Assembly: GCA_004431415.1 (NCBI GenBank)
Contig: QPMI01000533.1
Coordinates: 248,001 to 312,000, forward strand
From: Cyanophora paradoxa CCMP329
Taxonomy: Eukaryota; Plantae; Glaucophyta
Direction: 5' to 3'
Length of the DNA stretch: 64,000 bases
The notes beneath the pieces are model-generated. The model worked only from the letters and a program-made list of their open reading frames with translations, did not search any database and was not told where the DNA came from. Position numbers and translations under genes: made by a program. Every line of letters begins with the position of its first letter. Position 1 is the first letter of the stretch. Shown here piece after piece: positions 12,105 through 23,600 of the stretch.

Positions 12105-13534
12105 AGCCGCCGCGCCCCGGCCCTAGGCCTCCGAGCTCGAGCGCGGACCCCGCCTCTGCCCGGCCCGCGGCCGGGACCGCGTCACGTCAAATGGGGCCCG
12201 GGCCTGCAGCTGCAGTTATAATCACCGGTACCCCCACCTGCAGCTTTAATTTGTGCGCTGAACTCGGAATTCAAAAGATGTACAGACAGTGCGGCATGCG
12301 CATCGAGATGCCTGGGGAGGAGCTCGAGTGGGGGCGGGGCGGGGGCGGGGGTACCGGTGCACGTGGGGGTTGGGTGAAGGGGGTGGCTGGGTAGGAGGGC
12401 GTCGGGAGGAGAAAGGGAGAGGCGGGGAGCGGGGGGGGGGGGGGGGGGGGGGGGCGGAAAGGGGGGTTGGAGGGTTCGAGGGGGGGCGGGGGGGTCGACG
12501 GGGGCCGTGAGGCCCAGCGAGCGCTGCAGGCACTGCTCGCGGGGAGTGCACGGGAATTACCGTCTCTATACACCGGCCTACGTGTAGAGTCACGGCGCGA
12601 CTCTGGGCTCTAGATCTGCAGCTGGTGCATTAATATTATTCGCCGAAGCTGGGGGCAATTGCAAGAGCCTCGGAGGCTGGATCCCCGGCCCGCGGCCGGA
12701 GTACTAGTCGACGTCGGTTCAGTAGTAGTGCATTCTCAGCGGCGCTGCTCCTAGGCCTCCTGAGTTCGAGCTCGAAGGCCAGTACTAGTGGCTGAGAGCC
12801 GAGACACTTGACTACGCGTACGCGTCCGACGGTCAACGTTAGTCCGACGCGTACGGTTTTCTCGCAGCGGCTGCGCATACACTGCGCATGCGCAAACAGC
12901 TTCGATTCGATTCCCAGGCAGGTATACGTATACGTACTACGGTAGCTCGGCCGCGGAGCTCCCGGGCCGTCCCGCGCATGCCGCAGTGCAGCTGCAGTCA
13001 TGATCAGCGGCGACTCAGCGCTGCCCATGATATCGATCCAGGATCCGGTCCGGATCCGGGCCGGGGCATCTAGATCTGCGATTGCGAGGCCCGCATGCGC
13101 GCGGCTGCACTGTTCGCCTACGCATGCAGCTCGGCCTCTGCTAGGCTCAATCTCACGCCGGGGCGCCTGCGTCGAGCTGGCATGGCCGCAAACTGGACAG
13201 CGATTCGAGCGCGTACCCCTACCGGTGGCGGCGAAGTTGGCGCGAGCGCAAATCGACCGCGGCCATCGCAACGAGCAGCGCCGCGACGAAGGTTAAGTGC
13301 GCTGGAACGGCCATCGGAGCCCCGCACCGACGCCGCTGTTGAAACTATTCGACGCGACCCGCGCCTCGTTCGGCGGCTTGTGGCGGACCGTCCGACCTCG
13401 GACGACGCTTCGACATTTGCCGGTACGCGCGCCGCACGCGGGGCGGAGAGAGGCGCAACAGAACATGGGCCCGCGCAGTGGCAGGGGGCGCTTGGCCAAC
13501 CGGAGCGGCTTGAGGCGAGGTATCAGCAGCGGAG

Positions 13535-16397
13535 ATGGCGGGGGGCGGCGTACTCGCTCGCCTGCGCGGAGCGGCCTTCGTGCTCCACCTGTGGATCGCC
13601 TCGCTCCTCGGATCAATTCTCGTCCTCTTCCCTGCGTGCATAGTGCTGTGGCCCATCAGCAAGACGCTCTACAGGCGCTGGGCACGCATCTGGGCGCGCG
13701 CCTGGTTCGCGCTCGTGGCGTGGCACCTCGAAGTGGTCAACGGCGTCGCCGTTCGGGTCACTGGCGACGAGATCCCGCACAGGGAGAGCGCGCTCGTCAT
13801 TCTGAACCACCCGTCCGAGTGCGACTGGTTCTTCAGGTGCGCGCTGAGCTTCGCGCCGCCCGCCGCCCGCCGCCCGCGCCCGTCTGACTTGCTCTACTTC
13901 CTCTGCTTCCTCTGCGTCCTCTGCCGGCAGTTGGTCGCTGGCCCTTCGCTTTGGTGACCTCGCGTCCGTCAAGATCATGTTGGTACCCCCCGGCCCCGCT
14001 GCCCCGCCGCCCCGCCACCCCATGCCCCGCTCAACATCTGATCCGGCTCGCAGAAGGTCCGCCCGGCCCGGGCGCATCACGCCTCGCGCCGCGCCGCGCC
14101 CCGCTCGCCCGCCCTTGCCGCTCACTCGCGTCTGATAGAGGACCCTGGTCGCCGTCCCCGGCTTCGGCTGGGGCATGCTGGGTACGGCTTTCCGCCCGCC
14201 CCCTTTGTACCCCTCTCTGCCAGGCTGACTCGTTCGCAGGCTTCGAGTACCTCTTTGTTGAGAGGCGCTGGCACGGCGACAAGGTACCCCCGCCCCCAAA
14301 CGCTCGAATCTCGTACCCCCGCCGACGCCCCCCCCCTCCCCCCCCTTTTCCCAGGAGCGCATCCGGAAGACCCTCGGGGGCCTCTGCAGGCCGCGCGCAC
14401 TACCCCTCTTCCTCGTCGTCTTCCCGGGTACCCCCTTCCTCCCCTACCCCTACCTACCCCTACGCCCCCCCCCCGCACAACCCGATACCCCCCTTCCCCT
14501 CCCCCCCCCCCGGCAGAGGGGACCGACTGGAAGCAGCACAAGCTGGAGAAGTGCCACGCGTACGCAAAGGTGCGCCAGACACTGCTAGGCCCTCTAGGCC
14601 TTGCCTCCTCCTCTACTCCCCCGGCGCCCGCCCGGGGGCCCCCGCTCCTCCGTCCCTCCAGAAGGCTAATTGGCGCTCTAGCTTTTCGCGCTCCTCCCCC
14701 TCCCTCTTTTCCTTCCGCGCGCTCGGCCCCCCGGGCCCCCAACCAACTGCTGACGCCTCCGACGACGGCGCAGGAGCACCCCGAGGAGATGCTGCCCGTC
14801 ACGCGGTGCGCCCCGCCGCTGCCCCGCCCCCGCCCCCACCCCCTCATAGGAGCAGTTCCCGCGCTCTAGGGATCCCCGCATCGAGAGCCCTCTAGAATCT
14901 GGCGCCCTCTGTCTAGGCCATCGCCCTCCATCTTACGATCCCGCCCGCCCCTCCTCCGCCCGCTCCCCCCCGCAGGCACGTGCCTCTGCCGCGGCCGCGC
15001 ATCGAGAGCCCTCTAGAATCTAGCGCCTTTCCTCGCTCACTCGAGCTCGGAGCGATCGATCGCCCTCCTCTTACGGGCCCGCCGCGCAGGCACGTGCTGC
15101 TGCCGCGCCCCCGGGGCTTCGCGGAGACGCTGGCGGTGCTGCGGCGCGCCGGCGCCCTCGCCGCCGTCTACGACTGCACCGTCCGCCCCCCGCCCCCTCC
15201 TTCGCTTTTTCCAAGTTCTTTAGTTGCGATCCTTAAAAATTCTTTAAGGCGCGCCGGCGCCCTCGCCGCCGTCTATGACTGTACGGTTCTTCGAGTTCTT
15301 TAATGTAGCTGCTTAGAGCTTTAAGTTCTTTAGCTGCTTAGAGCCGCCGTCTACGACTGCAACGTCCGCCCTCCGCCCCCTCTTGGGCTCTAGAGCTTTC
15401 TAAAGCCTCCTCCTTCGTGTCTGCGAGCTGTTCAGAGGGCTGGATGATAGGTAGAAGGCGAGGGAGATTCTGGAGGGGCTCACATCCCCCCCCCCCCCCC
15501 CCCCCCGCCCCCCCCCCCCCCCCCTCCCCTCCTCCCCCCCCTCCCCGGCACGCCTCGTCTGCTTCCCACTTCTCCCCCACCCCCCGGCTCCCCGCGTTTG
15601 TGCCCCGGCCTCCTAAAGACCCTCTCCCCTTCCCATCTCCCCTCCCTCTGCCGTTCCCCCTCTGTCCCTCATACCCCCCCCCTCCCTCTGACCCTTCCTC
15701 CGCCTCAGGTGGCGTACGGCCCGCGGGGCGCCCCCGTGCCCTCCCCGCTGGCCTTCGCCGCCGGTCGCTTCCCCTCCGAGATCCACTTGCACGTTCAGGT
15801 GAGCTCTGATCTGATCTGATGTCGGAGTCGGATACAAATCGGATTAGATCCGCTTCGTCCGGACTCATACGAGATCAAGGGCGCCGCGCCGCGCCACGCC
15901 GCCCGATCTGCGCCGCCCTTCTCATGTGAGTCTGACCTCCGCGCGCGCAGCGCTTCCCGATCGACTCCGTACCCGACGGCGAGGCCGCGGTCAAGGTCCG
16001 CCGCTCAGACTCATATGAGGCGCGAAATCCGAGTCGATTTCGATCTCATATGACTCAGGACTGGCTCATGGCCCGCTTCGCGGAGAAGGACCGGCTACTG
16101 GAGGGGTACCACTCCTCGGGACGCTTCCCGGGCCCCGTACCCTCCTCTGCGCGGGCGCCCTCGCGGGCCCTCCTGACCCTCAATGCGGCCGTGTGGACGG
16201 CGGTGCTGGCGGCCGCGGCGCGGGCGCTGTTCGCCGGGGGACCGTTCGCCCTGTTCTGCGGGGCCGGCGCGCTCTACTTCTCGCTCCTCACGTGGCGGAC
16301 GGGGTGGCGGGCCGCGGGGCCCCACAACGGCAACAGCAACCACGCCTCGGCGTCGCCGGCCCCCTCGGGATCGGAGTCGGATGCGAAGCGCGAGTGA
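13535..16397 (+). CDS. Multi-exon lysophospholipid acyltransferase (LCLAT1/LPAT4-5-like, PlsC fold)
   Basis: N-terminal TM segments, NHPSECD catalytic motif, YLFVERRW, VVFP/EGT, HVLLPR..GF, AVYDCT, WLMARFAEKDRLL C-terminal domain. Confidence 0.88.
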
Positions 16398-17562
16398 CCG
16401 GGCGCGGCCCGGCCGCGCCGGCACTGGCGCCGCGCCCCGGCCCAGCGCTCTGCGAACTATCCTACTACTAGGGGGCGCGGCCAGCTGCAGTAATTTCGAT
16501 GTGCGTGCACGCGCCTCAGGACGCAAATCTATAATTAGGCGCCGCTCGAGCTTTTGCGCCCATCTCTAGATCTTTCTATACTCTCTGTACTTTCTCTACT
16601 CTCTCCACTTAATAGCGGTAGGCCGACTGTCTAATCGATTACTCTCCTAGCCTAGTTCTTATCTTCGTGCCGTGCCTCTGGATCCGGGGGCCGGACGCGC
16701 GCGGGCGGCCCCGCCGTCAGGGGCGCGGGGCGGCGCCGGCGCCGGCCCCTAGAATATTAATGGCGCCCCGGTACCGGTGCTGCGGCTTGAGCCGAGCGAA
16801 GCCCAAAACCTCCTCGGCTATATATAGCTAGCGCTTGCTGCGGGTCGGCCCAGCTGCTTCTGCGGCCGGCGAGGGCCGGCGCCGCCGGCGCCGGGCGCGG
16901 CGACAAGGCCTAGGAGGGTGCAGTCGGCGGCGCCGGCGTCCGCGTCGCGATCGCATCCCTTGCCGCCCGCCAGCGCCGTCCGATCGCGACAGTCATCGAT
17001 ATCGGCGCCAGCTGCAGGCCGATCCGATGATCGGCCCGCAGCCCCCGGCCCGGCCGCTGGGGTCCGCCCCCCTCGCGAGCAGCAACTGCGGGCGGGCGGG
17101 CGCCGGGCGGCAGTGGGCCGCGGGGCGGCGCGGGAGGGCGGGGCGAGGGCGGCGGCGGCGGGCCCGGGGCATGTGGGGGCCGCGCGCGGGCCGAATAAAC
17201 GCAAGCATAAGCCGTGGCGGCTGATCATGATCATGAGCTCGAGCAGCAGCGCGATATATATACCCGTAGTCAGCGCTAGCTTTGGGGACCGCCGGCCCGG
17301 CCCGGCGTACGTACACCGGTACTCGCGCGGCTGTCTCGCCGGCGGAGTCGGGCCGCGCTGAAGTCCCGCCCGACGGGTACAGGCACCTCCAAATCCGGAA
17401 CCTTTTTTCCAGCGTGGCAGCGGGAGCCTGACGGCAACAGCCCCCGCCATGTGCGTGCTTCGCCTGCATACTAGTTCTCAGCTCCAGCTAGCTTGCGAGA
17501 GCGCTGCGGGCTTCAGCTACCGATAGCGCCACGCGGCCGGCCGGGCTGAGACAGAAGCGAGA

Positions 17563-20111
17563 ATGGCTATGCGGGTCCTTACGCGTCTGCAGGGGCATAC
17601 TTGACGGCATCTTCGGCTCCGGAGCGGCCTTCACGGCATCCGGGCGCATCGGCATCGTGACGGACAAGCCGATCTACTTTGGCGGCGAGGTCATCAACGG
17701 CTTCTTGCACTGCGAGATTCGAGAGGTACGCGCGCCCGCACCCGCCCGCGCGGCCCGCCCGCCCGCGCCGCCTCGAGTCGGGTTCCGAGTCGGAGCCGCC
17801 GGCCGAGCAGCGCCGTCCCGTCGTCCCCGCCCCTCCCGCGCCTTGGCCTGACCGCGCCCGCGCCTCTTGCAGCCCACGAAAGCCAACAGCATCGCGCTGA
17901 AGGTCAAGGGCTTCGAAAAGGTGAGCCGCCTCCGCGAGCCGGCGCCGCGGCGCGCGCGCGCACCTCGCGCCGAGCGCCGCGCAGGCAGAGTGGACGGAGC
18001 AGCGGACTGTGTCTGACGGAAAGAGCTCTCACACAGTCACGGACCACTACGAGGGCAAGCACGAGTTCTTCAGGGTACCCCGCCCCCTCCCCCTCGCCAC
18101 CGCCGCGCGCGCTGTACCCCCGCCCCCGCCCACGCACGCGCCCGGGTACAGGTCAAGATCCCTATGGCGACGTACCAGGTCGAGATCGCGCCCGGCCAGT
18201 ACCAGTTCCCCTTCTCCTTCCCCCTCCCCCCGGACCTCCCCTCCAGGCACGCCGCGACACCCGTACCCCCCCCTCCCCCGCCTTACCCCCCGCAGCTTCC
18301 ACGAAGAGCGCGGGAGCTACAAGGCCCGCATCTGCTACAAGCTGAAGGCGCGCCCGGGCGCAGCCGTACCCCCCGCCCCGGTGCCGCCTAACCCGCTTCC
18401 CTGTACCCCGCAGGGCATTGTGGAGGTACCCGGTCTGCTCAAGCCGAACATCAAGAACACGGCGCAGGTGATCGTCCGCCAGGTGCGCGTACCCCCTTCC
18501 CTTCCAGCGGCCATTCGCGCGTACCCCCGCCCGGTCTGCCTAACCGGCCTGGCAGCGATTCGCGCAGCCGATCACGCAACAGAAGAAGCAGCTCGAGACC
18601 GAGCTCCGCGTCTGCTGCTGCATCGGCCGCGGCCGCGTCAAGGTCCGCGTACCCCCGCCCTGGTTCATTCTGTACCCCCTCAGCCAACCCGGTACCCCCG
18701 CAGGTGGAGACCTGGGTGGACAAGACGGCGTACACCCCCGGCGAGATTGCACAGATTTTCTCAAAGGTACCCCGCCCCATCCTCTACCCCCCCCTCCCCC
18801 CTCCCTCCCCCCCCCCCCCCGCTCCGGACCCAGCCCGCCCGCCAGATCGACAACATGAGCAAGGAGGACATGCGCGTGATCAACACGAAGCTAAAGCGTA
18901 CGCTAAAGCTGCGCAGCAACCACGGCCGCACGAAGTAGTGCGCGTAACCCCCCGGTTCCTCCACTTTGGAGCTGCTTCGTTTACCCCTCTCACCCCCGCC
19001 CCCCTTGCGCAGCGTGAACGACACTGTGGCGCAGCAGACGTTTGACGCCAAAGAGATACACGGCGGCCTCGTGCGCTGTACCCCCTCCCCCTTTCGTCCA
19101 CCCCCCCCGACCCCCCCCCCCCCTCCCCGCAGCTGGGTAAGGAGAAGACGCTCTCGCTGCAGCTCCCGGGGGCCCTTCAGGTGCCCCTACCCCCCTCTTC
19201 TTTCCCCCCGCACCCTTCCCCACTCACGCCCCGCCCCCCTCCCCCCGGCAGCCGTCGGTGAACGGGCGGCTGGTGGACTGTGACTACTTCATCGACGTCG
19301 AGCTCGACCCGGGTCCCCTCGCGAGCAACGTCCACTGTGCGCGTATACGTACCCCGCGAATGCGGCGCACCCCGGCCGCTAGGCGCCCTTCTGGCACCCC
19401 TCCTTTCTGATCGATTACGCCGCAGGCACGCTGCCGGTGGAGATTTACGCGCCGCAGCCGGTCACGTGGGGCACCTTCTGGGGGCCCGCCCCCGCCCCGC
19501 CCCCGATGCAGGCGCCGATGGCCGGGCAGCAGCAGCCGCAGGGGCCTCCGCTGGGCGCCCCGCCCCCCGTCGTCATGGCGGGCCAGTCCGCCGCCTACGG
19601 CCCGCCCCCGCCCCAGGCCGCCCCGGGCTACGCGCAGCCGCCGTACCCCCAGCAGCAGCCGTACCCACAGCAGCAGCAGCAACAACAACCTTACCCCCAG
19701 CAGCAACCGTACCCCCAGCAGCAGCTTCCCCAGCAGGCGTACGCACAGCAGCAGCCGTATCCCCAGCAGCAGTACGCTCAGCAACCGTACCCGCAGCAGC
19801 CACCACCTCAGCAGCCGTACCCCCAGCAGCAGCCGTACCCCCAGCAGCAGCCGTACCCCCAGCAGCCGTATCCTCAGCAGCCGGGGTACGCTCAGCCTCC
19901 GTACCCTCAGCAGCCTCCCCCCCAGCAGCCCGGGTACGTCCAGCAGCCTCCCCCCCAGCAGCCGGGGTACACCCAGCAGCCGTACCCTCAGCAGCCTGGG
20001 TACGCCTACCCGCAGGCGTCGGCCCCGCCGGCGCCCACGGCCGGCCAGCCCCCTTCCGCTACCGACGGGGCGCCACCGGCCCAGGCGCCCCTCCCCGGCA
20101 CTGTACAGTAG
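17563..20111 (+). CDS. Multi-exon alpha-arrestin (Arrestin_N/Arrestin_C) with long Pro/Gln/Tyr low-complexity tail; start uncertain
   Basis: [68 protein letters not shown]; tail of QQPYPQ repeats. Confidence 0.88.
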
Positions 20112-20614
20112 TCCCTTTTCCCTCGGGCTCGGCACAGCGGGCCGGCCCGTGTGTTTCCTAGGGCCTCAGCTGCTAGTACTCGATATAATGTAGTTCAACA
20201 GTTGAAATAAATAGTAACGATCAATATTGATATTGTGCTGGAGTCGCTCGTAAGGAGTAGTTTCCGAAGTTCCGAGTAACTTAGTAGTAAGAAGGAGGAG
20301 TATTCGTGTACGTATACCTGGCCCTGTAGTCTAGTGGCGCCAGACTCTGAGATGATCATGACTGCTTGTATCTAATTGATCAAGACCTGTTGATAACTAT
20401 TTCAATAAGCTCTCTAACGAGTGCCAACTTGGCAACTAGTGCCAATAAGCATCGACCTAGATATCGGAGCCGGCGCCGCGATAAGCAGCGCTCGACGCGT
20501 CAAAGCCATCGCGCCCGGGTGTTGCAGACGCGATGCCTAGGCCTGCAGCTAGCGCAGCGAATCCCCTGCGCAGCGAGGTCGAGCGGCTGGGCGAGGCGGA
20601 CAGGGCCGCCAGCG

Positions 20615-23600
20615 TCAGCGGGCCGCCGCCTGGAGAGTGCGGCCGCGGCCCCGGCCCGCGGACGCGGAGCGACACGTTGCGCGAGGCGGGAAGGCTGGCC
20701 GGCCCGAGGCCGCCGTCCGGGTGTGGGGACGCGTCAAGCGACGGGGCGCGCTCGAGCTCGAGGGCGCCGGCGGCAGAGCGCGACGCGGGGCGCCGGTCGC
20801 TATCCGGGCGCGACGGGACACGGGGCAGGCGTGGCGCGGCCGCGGCCAGCCGGACCGACTTCCGCCCGACAGCCAGGAGGCCGCCCCTGCAAGCAAGCGG
20901 CGTGAGGCCTGGCGCGGCGCGCGTGCCGCTGCCTCGCTCACGGACCCAGCGGCCGCCTCGCTTGCGAGGGACGGCATGAGGAACTGCTCCCGCCGGCGCC
21001 CGTCGGCGTCGTCGCCCATGGCCAGCGGCCCCCCCGTCTCGAGCTCGTCGGCTTCGGCGCCCGGCAGCAGCCTGAGGCCGGCAGATATAAATATAAGAAG
21101 CTCAATTGCAAGCTTAAAGATCGCCAGATCTATATTAGCGATCTCGATATTATCGAATGTAAGAGCGCTGGCAATCTTAAAGCTTCCCGCGATATTTACC
21201 TAGGCCTAGGGGCCCGGAGGGCCTACGGACCTATAGCTAGGGGCCCTACGGGGACGATAGAAATATAAATACCTGTCCAGGTGCCTCGAATCCGCCGCGC
21301 GCCGCTGGAGCTCGATGAAAGAGGCGCCGCCGCCGGCCCTTGAGCTTCCCGCCGGCGGGCCCGGGCCCCCCTCGTTGTCCGCGTGCCACGCCCGGAAGGA
21401 CGCGTACGGTCCCACCGACAGCCGCGGGCGCGGCGCCGGATCCGGGGCCAGAGCCGGCCCATCTTCTGGGGCTTCTGGGGGCTGCAGAGAAGCCCCGGAT
21501 CCGCCGCCCCTCGACATATGCATGGCGGCCGCGGCCGCCCCCCGGCCGACCGCGACGTGGCCGGGGCTCGCCTCCGCCGCGAGCCTGCGCCGCGCCCAAA
21601 GTTGACGTAGAGCAGATGTAGAGCGGAGCGGAGCGGAGCGGAGCGGAGCAGCTGACCTTAAGGCTTCGTCTACGGGGTACCCCCACACTGCCGGTCGATT
21701 ACAGTCAGCGCGAAACGGCATCGCGTAGGATATGAGACACTAATATTTCAGCGGCGGCGCCGGCCTCGCGATCGCGAACCGTTGAACAGGTACCGCTTTA
21801 AAGAAGGCCTCCGGACGACGCCGCCGAGCATCCACCCCGACGCGACCCCGGCCTGCGCGAGCGCGCGCGCACGCACGCCTCAGAAAGAAAGAGGGAAGCG
21901 GCCCGAACAGATCTAGATCTAGGTCGCGGGCCTTGGCTGTCACTGGGACGGAGAGGAAGTATACGACACTTAAGCTTAAGCTTCGTGTATATATTGTATC
22001 GAAGCATAAGATCTTAAAGAGATCTAGATCTAGACTCCCTAGCTGTAGGAGGAGCGGCGGCCTTGAACCTTTAAACCCTCATGATCTAGACTGGGGCGGG
22101 CCTTGGCCGTCACTGGGACGGAGAGGAAGGGGGCGACACTTACGCTTAAGCTTCGTGTATATTATATCGAAGCAAAAGATCTTAGAGAGCGGCGGCCTCA
22201 TGATCGGCCTCTAACCCTTAAACCCTCATGATCTAGACTGGGGCGGGCCTTGGCGGTCAGCGGGACGGAGAGGAACGAGGCGACGCGCTCCACGAGCTCG
22301 ACGGCGTCCTGCGCGAGCTCCACCGCCCTCTGCGGGCGCGCGCGCGCGGGGCTGTGAGCTCGAGCCAAGTGAAGCTCTATATATACAGCTCGATCGCGAT
22401 CCTTAAGGCGCGATCTGCTCTGATGAGCGAAGCTTAAGCACATTTTAAGCTCTACAAAATTTAAAGCGAAGCTCTATACAGCTCGACCCAAACATCCCTC
22501 TGCAGGCGCGGGGCTGTGAGCGAAGCTCAAGCGAATTTAAAGCTCTAGAAAGCTAGACCCAAAGATCTAGAGTGGCCGGCCGGGCCGCGGGCGCGCGAGG
22601 GACTGTGGGCGAGCGAAGCGAAGTGGGGCTCTGTACAGCTCTATACAGCTCGAGCTGCACCGCCCTCTGCCGGCGCGCGCGGGTATGTGAGTGAGCAGAG
22701 CGAAACTAAGCTCTATACCGTAGTACAGCTCGATCGATATCGCGATCCAAAAAGCTATAGCGGCCCCCGCGATACCGATCGCGACCGGGCGCACCTGGGC
22801 GGGGCCAAAGATCTACATCCAGATCTATCAAAGATCTATATCATAGTATAGCCCGATCCAAAGAGCTAGATCTATATTGCGACCGGGCGCACCTGGGCGG
22901 GGCCAAAGATCTACATCCAGATCTATCAAAGATCTATATCATAGTATAGCCCGATCCAAAGAGCTAGATCTATATTGCGACCGGGCGCACCTGGGCGTGG
23001 TCCTCGCCCCAGTCGGGCAGGCCGGTCACCGCTCTGCGCGAAATTGATCGCGCACATGTACAGCGCGCACTTAGACGGGCGGACGTCGACGTCGACGTCG
23101 ACGCGGCGAAATCGATAATCGATCGATCGCGGGGAGGGTTCAGCGATAGTTATGGCGCTCCGCGCGCGGGCACGGTCCGGCCGAGCCGCTGGAAACAGCA
23201 ACGCGTGGCCATGGGGAGGGACCTATCCGCACAGGGCGAGGGCGTCGGCCCGCTCTTATAATCGCGATGAAGTTTTATTATAAGCGCTAGCGCTATAGCT
23301 TTGGTATAGGTTGTGCCAAGAGCGATCGCGATCCCGAGAAAGGGGCTCCACAGGCGGGGGCGGGCGCACAGGAGGGTGTCGCCGCCGGCGAGGGAGAAGC
23401 CCTCGAGGCCGCGCTCCGCGCAGAGGCGGTCCAGCGAGAGCAGGATCGTGTTCCTGCGCCCCCACGGCTTAGGAGCAAAGCTCAGGAGCCAGTACAAGCC
23501 GGGGCGCTGGTCGTCATGATCGTGATCACAGATACAAGCGCGTGCACCAGACGTGCACATACATATAAGCTTAAGCTAAGAGTCGCGCCCCCAAAGCTTA

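Noticed and set aside
22068-22230. TAAACCCT words resembling telomere repeats
   Set aside because: Isolated copies within a local duplication, no tandem array
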